Of a stretch of 64,000 nt of DNA, positions 12,815 to 25,722 are shown one piece after another (the stretch's first letter is position 1; every line of letters starts with the position of its first letter). The stretch is from Nemertoderma westbladi (Eukaryota > Animalia > Xenacoelomorpha). A program made the translations under genes and the position numbers. Under the pieces are notes generated by a model. The model did no database searches and had not been told where the DNA came from. It saw only the letters and a list, made by a program, of their open reading frames with translations. The stretch spans positions 824 through 64,823 of the forward strand of contig JAUCBJ010006803.1 in NCBI GenBank assembly GCA_032718475.1. Reading direction: 5' to 3'.

Positions 12815-15800
12815 AAGACACCTGCAGGTGGTTCGAAGGTATTCAGTGCATGCTGTAACTATGGAACAATCCAGTTAGTACCCTTCAAGGATCCATCGCA
12901 TAACCTCCAAAAACTCTATTCCAGGGACAATACCAAATCGCGGAATTACCTTGATAATATTAGGGCTTATAATGGATTAGTGGCAATGGCATCCAAGTGT
13001 ATTACTGGAAAGGAAATTCAGTTCAATAAGGGTAGAGGTCCCAAACCCTACAAGATGAGTGGGCAGATGTATCATCTAACCCCATCACATTTACAGTACT
13101 TCCTAACAGAGACACGGCTCCAAAGTTTTCGCAGATCTTTATATTCGACAAGCAATATGAAACAGATAATAGGTTAAAGCACAGCCATAATGCGAACAAC
13201 AACATCGACAGAGATACTCTCGAAATCCTTCAATATGAACTGGATAAGATCAATCCATATGTTAGAGAGTTTAAAAATGGTTCCAATGTATTTGAAGAAA
13301 ACCCAGGCAAACAATTAAAGATGGTGTTCAAAGCCAAGGGATCCTGGGCAGCCAAGAAGATGACTAAGAATACGGATGTTCCTGAAGTTGTGGTAGTTGC
13401 CCCAGGAGATCAGACAGAGCCTAGGGATGTAATACTTTACAGAACTCAGTCCGATCATCCAAATAACCACAGTACAGTCAGAATTGACGAGAACCACCTG
13501 ATGTATGACCCCGTAGCTTATCCTTTGATTACACCTCATGGTGATTGCGGTTACAGCATTGACTGTGACATCCGGAAGTCCAACGGAAGGAAGATAAGTG
13601 CCATGGAGTTTTTTCGATTCCAGTTGCAGGTGCGAGACAATTTCAACACGCTCCACAAGTCTTGCAGGCTAGTGTGCGATGTGCAATGCTACATGTGCGA
13701 TCAATGGAGCAAAATAGAGGGGAGTCGACTTAAGTTTCTTCGATACAATCAAGATAAGCTTAGGGTGGAACAGTACAGCGGTTTACAGGATGCTCTAACT
13801 CAAACGACAACAGACAATGTGAATCAGAGTGAGGTTGATAAAATTGGGCAACAGATCATTCTCCCTGCCAGCTTTACTGGGTCTCCTAGATACATGTACA
13901 AGCACTATCTAGACGCCCTGGCCATTGCGACAAAGTACAGAAAGTTCGATCTATTCATCACGATTACTGGAAACCCCAGGTGGGATGCGGTTAGAGACAA
14001 CCTGTTTAGCAGTCAGCAGCCCTCAGATAGACCTGACATAATGAACAGGATATTCAAAAAGGTGTTGGACGAACTGCTTGACGATTATTAGCTCTGGAGT
14101 ATTTGGTGCCATGAAAGCGAAGCTGTACACTATTGAAGGGATGATGCGAGGTCTGAAGCACCAAGCACGCTCACATCCTTCTGCTGCTACATGAGATCTT
14201 GACAGTAGAAGATATAGACGAGATCATTAGTGCATAAATTCCGAACCCAGAAGATAATGCTGAGCTGTATCAGATTGTCTCTAAATGCATGCTCCATGGT
14301 CCATGTGGTTCAGTTTTTCCTACTTCCCCTTGCATGGTTGATGGAGTTTGCAGTAAAGGATTTCCCAAGGACTACCACGAGGAGACTGTGCTGCCTAATG
14401 ATGGTCATGGTTATCCACTCTATCACCGGAGAAAAGAGGGCCATACAGTAGAGTAAAATGGATTCAAGTATGACAACAGGTGAACAACTTTATTAAATTC
14501 ACACCACTTAAGTTTGATATATTTTTGCTTGAATTTATATATACGTAAGAAAATCCATTTGTAAATTTAACATGAATCCTATTAGCATTGATTTTAATTA
14601 ATTAATTAAACAACCACCATTAGTGGCATCGTTAATACAACGGCAAAGTTGTTATCGCTGTTAATTTGTACCGGTATATTAAATGAAATAGAACACATAT
14701 TACACATTTTTACACATTAATAACACAATCATTGTGTACATATTAATTACACAATATTGCAATATTACAATGTAAATATCTGTTTTCAATATTTCAGGTG
14801 GGTTGTTCCTTACAACCGTTATCTTCTTCAGAAGTTCAGCTGTCACATTAATGTTGAGTATGTTGGGTCCTTCCATACTATTAAGTACATTTATAAGTAC
14901 GTTCATAAAGGAGTCGATGTCTCTACCATAGGGATTGATTCAAAAGAGCAGAAACAAAATAAGGATGAAATATCTCTCTTCGTCAATGCCAGGACCATTG
15001 ATGCCCACGATGCTCACTGGCGAGTAATGGAATATGGAGTTCAGGGAAGGTTAGTTGAAAATTAATGATTCCCTCTCAATGGTTCTTTTAAAATAAATTC
15101 AAATTTTTTGATCAAGGAACTTTCGACCAATTATATATGTGCATTTAATTGTAACATTAAGCAACTACTGCAATATCAAACTATACTAACCAGGACGTTA
15201 CAGTACAATATAATTAATTTACTTTTTAAGATTTCCCGCTGTTATTTCCTTGGCGATCCATACAGACGGGCAGCAGAATATTGTGTTTCACGATGGTCAG
15301 GCAGAAAAGGCATTGAATGATGCTAGGGATACTACCCTCTTAGCATTTTTCAAGCTAAACCAGATAGATCCTTCTGCTAGACTGTATCTATACCAGGAAA
15401 TTCCAGAGCACTATGTGTGGTCTAATAACTCATGGATGTTGCGCAAGAAGCAACCAGATGAGAATGCTGTACCAAGGATGATTGGTCGAATCAACAATGT
15501 CAGCCCTACACAGGGTGAACGATTTTACCTGAAGATGGTACTCAGTCACATTCGGGGTCCGCAATCATACAAGGACTTGATGTTCTATGAACATAAACAG
15601 TATATTACATTCAAGGCGACGGCAATGGCAATGGGGTTGCTAGAGGATGACTTTGAATGGAAGCAGGCTCTCACTGATATAACTGAATATGGGTCCAGCA
15701 GGCAGATTAGGGCCTGCTTCGCTGTCATACTACAGTATTGTCTCCCAACCGAGCCAAATAAATTGTTTCAGCAATTTCTCCACTCCATGAGCGATGACAT

Positions 15801-18196
15801 CATATATGATGAGATGAAGAAAGCTCACTGTTCTAGGGAGACTGTGGACATGGGGACAGTTGAAGACAAAGTTCTGTCTTTGATTAATGATGAACTGAGT
15901 CAGATGGGATCAAGCCTAGATAGTTTCCCTGACATGCCACAGCCGAGGGCCATCACTGACGAGGAGAGGTTGACAAGAGTATTTAGTGAGGAGCGGTACG
16001 ATGCAGTTAAACAGGTAAAAATCGTCAGCATGTTGGAGCCTAAGTTAAACGAGGCACAGTCAGCACTATGTGGGGAGATTTTCCAAGCAGTAAATGCAGA
16101 GACTTCAGGTCATGGACGCACAAAACAATTCATTCTCAATTCTCCTGGTGGATATGGAAAAACGTTCACATTCACCGTTATTGGTGCCAAGATCAGGGCT
16201 GAGGGAGGAATTGTACTCATGGTGGCCAGCACAGGTTTGGCTGCTCAAAATCTGGAAGGGGGAAGGACGGCACATAGCCGTTTCAAAATTCCAAGTAACA
16301 TAATGGAAGACTCCACATGCAACATCAAGGCCCAGAGCGATCTAGCAAAGCTGATCAGGGCATGTTCACTCATCATCTGGGACGGGATTTTCAGTGTGCA
16401 TCGGTTTATTATTGAGTGTGTGGAAAGGAGTCTGCGGGACATTATGGATTGTGATGAACCGTGGGGTGGAAAATTGGTTTGTCTTGGCGGCGACCCCAGG
16501 CAGACTCCGCCGGTGGTTAAGAGGGGTGGTCGACCACAGATAGTTCGAGCATGTGTACAAATGTCTCATCTCTACCCTTGCATGAAGGAGCACAGGCTAA
16601 CACAAAATATGCGAACTGATCCTGGTGAGTTGGAATTCTCCAGTTACCTTCTCAAGTTGGGGGAAGGGCATGAAAAGACATATGAAGAGGAGGGCGAGAA
16701 CAAGATCAAAATACCATTAAATCACCTTACTACATCAGTGAAGGATTTGATCAACCTTACATTCCCAGACTTGGAGTATGGCTGTCACGGATCAGACAAT
16801 ATAATCAATGGCGCTATATATACTCCATTAAACCAGAATGTCAAGGAAATAAACGATCAATGCATCAGCAAATTTCCTGGTGAATCAAAGCAATATCTGT
16901 CTGCCGATTCTATTCTTGAAGACAACCATAAAGATACTCTTCCTTCAGAATTCATCAATTCGCTCACTCCCTCTGGCCTTCCTGATCATCGTTTAATCCT
17001 GAAGACTGACTGTCCTGTGATGTTGCTACGAAACCTTCAGGCTGGATCCAACAGTTGCTTGAGGAATGGGACAAGGATGATAGTGATTCAGATGATGGGT
17101 AGAGCTATCGAGTGTGAGGTTGCCGTTGGGACGAACAAGGGTCTACGAGTATTCCTGCCCAGGATTCCGCACCATGACAGAAGCGATGAGCTTCCCTTCA
17201 CTATTGTCAGGAGGCAATTTCCTATCAGGTAAATATTAAAATCACGTACGAAGATAGACATGCAGCTTTAAAACATTTTTATCGTATTATTGTTGTGAGT
17301 TCTGAAATTTTCGATGTGATTTCAGTTCAGTTGTGAATTCAGCCGGGAATTTGAAATTTGGACATTACGTCGAAGCATATGGTTCCAAAATAATACTTTT
17401 TGCTAAAAATGCGCCATTCCTTTTGACAAACCTTTCAAAATTTACATTGCGGCAAGATATGGTTATAAAATATTTCGCATATAGTCTCCAAAACATTACA
17501 ATATTCTAATTTAGATTTAATTATTTAGTTAATTAATTCCATTTAATTATTCTAAATTAAATTTAATTAAATACTACAGGTTGGCTTTTGGAGTTACGAT
17601 AAATAAAGGTCAGGGCCAGGAGAATGAGAGAGTTGGAATCTACCTACCCAAGCCGGTATTCGCTCATGGTCAACTTTACACCACCTTCTCTAGAGGAAAG
17701 AGGAAGGAGAACGTTAAAGTAACAATTATAGACAATGATGAGGGTTATACAGACAATATTGTTTACAAAGAATTAATCTAAATCTATCTCCCGTTATATT
17801 ACTTATTATCAATTTAATTATACTCAGTACCACCGTTATTTCAAAGTTGTCTGTTACTTACACTACTCTATTATGGTCACTATAATTTTGCACTATCGTA
17901 TTATTTTGTATGTAATAATTAATTTACGATAATGAGCTGCCAGTATATTAATCTTTTTTATATTCGAATATAAAGTGTCTAGATCGATATACTACTTTAT
18001 ATATTTTTTAAATTTACTTTGCTTCTGCTTTTTGTAAAGAAGTTCCATATACTAATAAAAAGTGGGTGGCTGTTCAAACTCGGAGGACACACGCAGTAGG
18101 CATACCAAAATTTCTGTCGATTCAAATTACGAACTCTGCTTATCGCTTGTATAAAATTGTAACTAGCAATTGCGCGCCGAAGGCGCGCATTGCTAG

Positions 18197-20290
18197 TATC
18201 AGTAATCTGTTGATTATTGTATAAAATTATTGATGGAATATCGTCTTTAATATGAATAACACTTTGAACATACTCGTTAGATTGAACCAATGTTGTAATA
18301 TGTTGAATCTGATCAGCAAAATTTCCTTTGCATCACAAATCTGAATCGTTGTCCAATGCGCATGTTTTCTGTAATCTTCTATTCTTCAATTGCTTTATGT
18401 TTCGTGGAAGATGTCCAAGTTCATTATCAAGCATGGCTTTGTATGCTTTTTGGGGAGAATTCATTTCAACCATTTCGTCAATTTTATCAAGAGTTTCTTC
18501 TGGGGATCGAATATACTGAGTTGATGGAATAGCATGAGCACACACTTCCTCCATATCGGCTACCTTAGTGCAGGACTGGCAATGGCATAGAATCTAGCAA
18601 ATTTCAATGAGCCGAATTTGAATTGAAACTTATACAAATTATAAAGGGGAATTAGTTTATTCAAATTAAATTTAATTTAAATTTAATTTGTAGGTAGAGA
18701 AGAATGCATAAAATGTATAACGTTTTTCATCGGGTGAGTTTTTATTATTATCGTCGAGTAAAAACACTTTACATGAAGATGCTTCTAATCAAAAATATTG
18801 GAAATTGCTTTTGATTCAATACCAGTCTCCCTCCTACCCCTCCTACCTATATTGCAATTTAAAGTTTCCAGAATTTCAGGTGATATTGATGTTTTAGTTA
18901 TGTATGTCACACGCTTTTTGAAAGAAGAGTTTGCCTTTAAAGTTGTGAAATGCTTTTCAATGTCTATAATATTTTTGGGTTGTGGATCCAATGGAATATA
19001 ACGCCGCTTACGATTTCTTATTTTTTCGAGGCAATATTGACCGCTTGAAGTAAATAATCTGTTATTAATTTGCCCATTTTCGTTCAAACTATAAGACACT
19101 TCGATAGAAGTTCCGCTATGTGCATCCCATACACCACAATCATCCTCATACCGTGCTTTCTCATTTGATTTTGCTTGTATATTTGACATATTATCTACAA
19201 TGAAAAAACTGTTAGATTTGTTTCCATTTGGGACCTTAGATAGGCATCAACTGTGCAGTACTCAAAAAGTTATCATCAAGACGTCCTCCAATATTCTCAG
19301 CTTCGCATAACATGATAAAATCTTTTGAAGATTGATTTGATGATTTATGAAAATATTGCGGCTCGGGGATATGCTTAAGAACATGTATGGAACATATTGA
19401 ATTGGAGTTAGGATCACTTTCACTTGCACAACTATCACCAGAATTATAACTGAATGATGAACTAGTTTTACGGAAATGTTGTTGTTGGGAACATATCGAC
19501 TCGGAGCTATGATTATCAGCATTATTATCAACAGAATCGTCACTGGAACCAGTGTCATTATCGCTTGAACGCGAATCGCACGTGTGTGATATTTTAACGT
19601 AATTAGTTTCAGGGTTATTAGTAAATCGTTTACTAAAAAGAACCACAAAATGGTTCAGTGTTGTAGATTTTAGCAATTTCAAGGAACCCATAAAGCTCCA
19701 CATAATGGTCGGACAAGCTGAATCTTTTTGAACACCATCTGAAACACCACGACCTATAACCCTTCGAGAATAAACGTCACTTAACCGAATAAGTGATGTA
19801 GAATCTAATGGAGGCATATATGAATTTATGGGACTTCCAATAGCTGCAGAGATCGCATATATAGTTGCAGTTGGCAACCCACCCCAAGAACCTAGTTTAC
19901 TACAATCTGTCAACATTTTCATAAAAGGTGGTACCACTACATATGCAGACTCAATTAAGTCGACAAAATCATTTTCATCATAATATCGCCTATGTTTTAT
20001 TAATTCAAGTGTAGTAAATAATCTAATCATTATGTGGTTAGAATCTGAACCATATGCTGCCAGTGATACAGCACGATACAGGCAATTACCATCTCCAGTG
20101 ACATATAACGGATAATAGTCTTTTAAAATCCCTGAATCGAATTCCTTCAGTAACTTTTCAGCAGACTGATCTATCGGACTGATCTTGGTCGGAATCTTAA
20201 CAGGGGGACATTTTATGTCGTAAGTGTGCAACAGTAAATCTTCATTATTAACTGCTGTGAATAATTTATCTTCCTTTGTTACATTGTTTA
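18197..20290 (-). pseudogene. 5' half of MULE ORF with OTU-like (vertnin-like) protease domain
   Basis: VTGDGNCLYRAVS...LNHFV (Cys/His), then P.G.K.N.FFIVDN, EDDCGVW, FKKRVT, PSIILYNNQQI; frameshifts and an insertion around 18570-18850. Confidence 0.8.
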
Positions 20291-20620
20291 AGAGACCTTC
20301 GCGCAGCACGTAGCGTACTCCAACATTGTTTAACAAGCTGTTGAAACGTTTAAGAGACCTTCGCGCAGCACGTGGTGTACTGTAACATTGTTAACAAGCT
20401 GTTGAAACGTTTAATAGACCTTCATGCAGCACGTGGGGTACTGAAACAATCTGTTGAAACGATTAAGATACCTTCCTGCCTTCACGCAATATGTGAGATA
20501 CTGAAACAATCTGTTGAAACGTTTGAGATCTTCGCGCAGCATGTGACGTACTGTAACATTGTGTAACAAGTTGTTGAAAAGCTTAAGAGACTTTCGCGCA
20601 GCACGTGGCGTACTCCAAAC
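20280..20620. repeat. Degenerate ~60-bp tandem repeat (CTGTTGAAACGTTTAAGAGACCTTCGCGCAGCACGT...), 5-6 units
   Basis: Directly visible. Confidence 0.85.
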
Positions 20621-20659
20621 AGTGCTGCCCCCGTGCACCATGTCGTGCCCAGGCTGGCG

Positions 20660-20735
20660 TGCCCCATCTAGGGATCGAACCAGGGCTTCCTAATCGGAAG
20701 CCCAGGAATGTTACCAATAGACCAAGCTACTGCTT
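20660..20735 (-). other. tRNA-derived (Glu-like) pseudogene or SINE head
   Basis: Minus strand TGGTCTATTGG (A box) ... GGTTCGATCCC (B box); cloverleaf not canonical. Confidence 0.55.
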
Positions 20736-20861
20736 GATCTAGGGTCTCGCTGCAGCTGTGCTTCTAGCGTACAACTGTGCTGTTTGCTGTACAGGGTACA
20801 GCTCTAGTCATGCCCATATAGCCGTATGAACAGACCCATGTACCTTGTTAGTGTTACAGCA

Positions 20862-21582
20862 TGTAAAAGCTTTTGCGTAATTAACCGGTTATTTTCCCGT
20901 AAAGTACTCTGTACTTAACTTTACTGCTTTTGCTGTCGGTTGTTCATTATATTTGTTGATGAAATATTATATCGGAATACTGATCAATAGTCAGACACCC
21001 CAATCTTCTTGATATACTAAAGGTTAGAGAGACCGGTTACATATAAACGATTGCGTCCTATGTTAAGTGGTTTGAAGTGAATCTAATGCTATTTCATAGG
21101 CCCGACATAAATTGTATGTTGCTCTCTTTATACGTGACTAAATTTAGTGAAGGTCGGCAGATTAGTGTGCAGTATTGTGCAGCATTGTGTATGATTGTAA
21201 CTGATAACAAAGCATCTCCTAAAGAATGCGCCATATACGTGAATCTATAGCCTTTTCGTTGTGTCTAGTTTAAGTCATAACTCTGTTTACATATTTAGAG
21301 CGCCACGTCCTAAAGGAACTGTTAATATTTCCCGAAAGTGAATAATATTTGTCAGAGATTATATATTACGATCAGTCGAATAATACAGTAGGCTTACACC
21401 ATCAATCATTAAGCTTCCAAATTCAGTCTCCCGGGTATATCCAGCGGGTGAATGATTGCGCATAGACTGGCTTCGGCTAATGTAGTGTATCAAATACTCG
21501 TCATAGGCTAAAGACTATATATCATCTAAAAGACATCCTAATTTGGCAGGTTAAACTGTCAAAGGTCTTAAAAGCGCAAACA
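20862..21582 (+). repeat. 5' LTR of copy B (about 480-bp internal deletion)
   Basis: Matches 44927-44978 and about 45460-46123. Confidence 0.93.
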
Positions 21583-21593
21583 ATAACAGATAT
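21583..21593 (+). promoter_or_regulatory. PBS-position 11-mer of copy B (ATAACAGATAT), putative self-priming site
   Basis: Abuts the LTR end; exact reverse complement of LTR-internal ATATCTGTTAT at 45361-45371. Confidence 0.7.
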
Positions 21594-21929
21594 TTGGTTC
21601 TGATTGCGGTGTAGGCAATAAATACAGTTTAATATTGTTTTGGTAAAAACAATAACAGATAGTGCTTCTAGATTGCGGTGTAAGCAATCTAGTCGAAAGT
21701 ACCGGTCGACCGGTAACCAGTAGGCCTGACTGCCTGATCATCCGGACCGGTACCTACAGCAGTACAGGTACAACAGTATTATTCGATTGTGGTATTGTAT
21801 ACCGGTAGGCTGTTTAAGAGATTAGGGACTGTACACCCCTTGTTTCTTTTGGAGCTTACTTATTTCTGTCAGTTTTATTTATTTGTAGGCCAGTATTGAG
21901 CAGAAGGCATGTAAGCCTGCTCAGATTGT

Positions 21930-22500
21930 ACAGATAATTTGTAGGCTTGACTGTTGTCTAACTGTTGTTAAGTCTGAACGGATTGCAGTGTGTGTAGAGC
22001 ATCTGTCCGATAAAGTGCTAGTTAGGAAAGTAGGGGCTTCAAGTGCTGTGAGGTAAACCCCCTGTGAAAGAATAAGTCGTACTACTGGGTTAGAACGCAT
22101 ACTAACTAATCATTTCGGAGTCTGCATATACTGTAGTGTATTTAGGCTTGATAGTAGTCTGCCATCGTTTGGTCTGTACTTTGTTTGTGTAGTCTGTACG
22201 GGTAGCGTATAATTTTATTTAGATAATTTGTAGGCTGGATAGTTGTCTGGCTGTTGTTGGGTTTGAGGAAATTTCGGTGTGTGTAGAGCATCTGTCCGAT
22301 AAAGTGCTAGTTGGGAACGTAGGGGCTTCAAGTGCTGTGAGGTAAACCCCCTGTGAAAGAATAAGTCGTACTACTAGGTTAGAACGCATACTAACTAATC
22401 ATTTCGGAGTCTGCATATACCGTAGTTTGTTTAGGCTTGATAGTAGTCTGTCAGTATTTGGTCTGCATTTTGTTTGAATAGTCTGTACGCGTAGCGTAAT
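21930..22500 (+). repeat. Two ~289-bp direct repeats in leader of copy B (equivalent about 33960-34530 in copy A)
   Basis: ATCTGTCCGATAAAGTGCTAG at 22001 and 22290. Confidence 0.85.
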
Positions 22501-23124
22501 ATTTATTATTCAGAGTTTATGCGATTATTCGCAACATTCATATCCCCAAGTTTATTCCTACAGTAATTGTGTTTGTTATACATACCGTTATAGTTAAACT
22601 AACCCCGGTACTACATCAGGGCTGCTCGGCGTAGGTAAAGACTGGAGATTTTGTGCTTTGGTCACTCCGGCAGATACCGTGGTTCTTTTAACTGTTCAAG
22701 TATTTTTAACTACTAATTATTTGTTGTACAAGTACTTGTACCTAATTTAGGGTTTAGTGTACTGTACTTTCCGAAGGTGATTAGTGTGTAGGCAGTATAT
22801 TTGTGTTGTAAAGTGGTTAATAGGCACGTTGGTTCTGGTAGACCGCGGTAATTAATCTCTAGGTAGGAACACTCCGTGATACATAACGTAGTACCTATAG
22901 CGATACGGTTATAGGTCGTCAGACGGTGGTATTTTCCTATCTGGACAACGCAGTATATTTACTACTACTTATTATTTTCAAATACCGTAGTAACCTGTCC
23001 GTTGTAATAACCAGATATTCTAACCCTTTGTTAGGCTGGTTAGTAGACTTCTTGTAAAATTACCCTAAAAATTCGCATTTGTGTATTTGTAATTAAATTT
23101 TTGTGTTTATTTAGAGATTGTAAT

Positions 23125-24312
23125 TGTTCGCGCTTTCAGACCTTTGGCAGTTTAACCCGCCAAATTAGGATGTCTTCTAGATAATAAATCGCTTTAGCCT
23201 CTAACAAGTATTTGATTCACTACACTAGTTGAAACCAATCTGTGCGCGATCATTCACCCGTTGGATATACCCGGGAGATTGATTTCGACAGCTTAATCGT
23301 ATTGCTATGTAAGCCTAATGTATTATTCGACTGACAGTATTATATAATCTCTGACAATATTATTCACCTTCGGGGAATATTAACAGTTCCTTTAGGACGT
23401 GGCGCTCTATCTATATAAACAGAGTTATGACTTAAACTACTCACAACGATATGGCTTAGTTACAATTCACATATATGGCGCATTCTTTAGGAAATGCTTC
23501 GTTATCAGTCTCACTCATACACAATGCTGCACAATACTGCACACTAATCTGCCGATCTTCACTGATTTTAGTCACATATAAAAGGAACACGGACCGAATC
23601 ATGTAGGGTCTATCAAATAACATTAGATTCACTTCAAACCACTTTAACATAAGTCACAATTGTTATATGTAACCCTTCTCTCTTACCTTCGGTATATCAA
23701 GAATATTGGGTTTCGGGGTTATTTATCGTTATTCCAAATATAATAATTCATCAACCATATTATGAAGAACTGACAGTAAATAGCAGTATAACAATATAAA
23801 GTATGCACAGGTTGTTTGATTAGGTATGGTATGTTATGTTGTGATAAATGCAGATAACGGATATATGTCCTTATAATTAAGCCTACTAGTGTAGGGCTAA
23901 AGCCGTTCTTCCTGGCTTAGAATCACCAACAACACTAAAAACTGATAAGAATAACTATAAGAATACCAGCTACCCTTATTCTACAAAGATCTCACCCACC
24001 ACAGAGAATGAGCATACAGATAGGAAATTCAGTTCAGTAGATCTGTGATAGGTCAAAATCAAAACCAACTCAAATCCTATTGGCAGATACAGAAAGCAGG
24101 GCTATGGGGCAACGTGGCAATATCAGCCGTTAGCCGTCGTCATGGTAGCGACACTGTTTTCAAGAGTATCGAGCTTTTACGTCACGAAATTGAAGATTAT
24201 GTCCTCTAAAGTACAAATACAGAAGAAATGGCTTTTATGTCCTCCAAAACACCAGTACAGCAAGGACACTTTACGGGGATAATAACCGGCTAATTACGCA
24301 AAAGCTTTTACA
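23125..24312 (-). repeat. 3' LTR of copy A
   Basis: Matches 34956-36179 apart from a 36-bp deletion; preceded on the minus strand by PPT-like GGGAGCGG. Confidence 0.95.
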
Positions 24313-24390
24313 CCGCTCCCAGAAAATGGGATTTAAGTCTATAAAATATAACAAATCACAGTTTCTAAAATATAAAGATACTCTAAACAG

Positions 24391-25722
24391 TTAGTCTTTC
24401 TTACGCAGACGGCGTTTACGCAGTTTTTTTGAGGCTAGCAAGAGTCCTTTTCTCTTTGGGGCGAGCCACTTTACTAGGAGGGCTATAAATCCTGGGTGAA
24501 GGGTGCAATATGATTGTATCAGAAGGTGTAGGATTATGGTCGGGGTATCCGCCGTTTCGATATGCTTCTCCTCGAGCTGATTTTCCTCCGCTCGTAGCTG
24601 GATACGTTCATCCAAAACTCTCGCAGAGAATAGGGTTTTCTAAGCTTGATATCTTCTTAGAGATTCGAGATTTCCCAATCGAACTGAGATAAGGCCAATT
24701 CGTTTATCGATTGGACTTACTGTTATAACTTACGTTTATCTGAACAAACGCAGGTTTCTTTTTTGATCTTTATAGAATAGCGTTTAACTCGTTTCGTACA
24801 ACGCTCTCCTTCACCTTGATGAAGGGTTGTATCGCGTTAAACGGGAACGACCATACGGTTGGATAGTGATATTAGGTGTCCGCGTCACAATCCGGCTAGG
24901 TAAGATGGGCGGCTAGCTAGAAATCACTATCGGAGTGTTACCGATTAATTGTTAGGGTAGCACTAGATCTTTGAACAGTGAATACAGTCCGCGAGGATCC
25001 GCGACACCACCAGGATCGCAGGTCTGAGGTCCAACTAAGGAATGAGGAGGTTTGACCGAGTATTCCGGGACTCTGATCGTAGGTTTACTCCAGGATCGTT
25101 CGAGCCGAGTGAGCATAGGTGATACGTCAAACAAGTTTGGCTCGAAACTCCAATAAATATAACGAGCACAACTGTGTTTAACACAACGTTTCCGTGGATG
25201 TTTATGTCTTTCCGTTTATTAGTTGGGTCTAGGGCATTTATCGTAATAATACCAAAGACGCACGTCTGGTAGGGGAAACGCGGGTGATATTTATTTGTTG
25301 TTACAATGCTTCTATCAAGAATTCCAAATATACGTTGGAGTTACCGCGTTTATTTGTTTCTTTAGTGTCTTTTCTTTCGAGTCGATTTCGAATAGAATTT
25401 TCGCATTCGAAATTCAGTTTATGGTTCCGACTCCGCTGGGCAGGATATATAGTCGACATAGTCCGTATTGTGTAAATCGATAGGATGACCAGTAGTTAAG
25501 AAGCCCATATACGTACCATTACGCTGCGTATATCGAGCAGCGAATTTTCTATAGTCCAACTCGCGCGAGCTGCTCTTGGGACATTGGCGGTTCGATATAA
25601 CGACCATCGTCCTCTGCAGCAGTTGGACTAACGTCGCCGCGTATTAAGCTATCAACAAACGCTTGTAAAAGTAGAGTATATCGCTCCCCGATACCAAGAC
25701 CATCTTCTATCAACTCCGTCAT
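24391..25722 (-). pseudogene. Decayed 3' accessory ORF (ORF2) of copy A
   Basis: Fragments MTELIEDGLGIGERYTL..., FDVSPML..., DERIQLRAEENQLEEK are collinear with 43333-44860. Confidence 0.6.

Larger units (their letters stand above)
11155..17781 (+). pseudogene. Helitron RepHel (Zn finger, HUH Rep, PIF1-like helicase), spliced and disrupted
   Basis: GSPRYM..Y.DALAI, DLFITITGNP.W, DNR|WVVPYN, KYIYKYVHKG, GGYGKT, RRQFPIR|LAFGVTINKGQGQ. GT-AG introns 11171-11403, 14480-14797, 15050-15230, 17229-17579. LINE insertion, frameshifts, Walker B DE changed to DG. Confidence 0.92.
9809..18196 (+). mobile_element. Full-length, inactivated Helitron
   Basis: 5' A|TCCTACTAATATAATA; 3' hairpin GCGCGCC-GAA-GGCGCGC then CTAG|T; AT target, no TSD; empty site restores the MULE frame. 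Confidence 0.95.

Noticed and set aside
20660-20735. Functional tRNA gene
   Set aside because: Acceptor and anticodon arms do not fold canonically.
21594-21612. TGG-type tRNA PBS (TGGTTCTG) in copy B
   Set aside because: Lies 12 nt from the LTR and is not conserved in copy A (TAGTCTG).
23399-23650. Short ORFs duplicated at 35230-35481
   Set aside because: Chance ORFs within LTRs.
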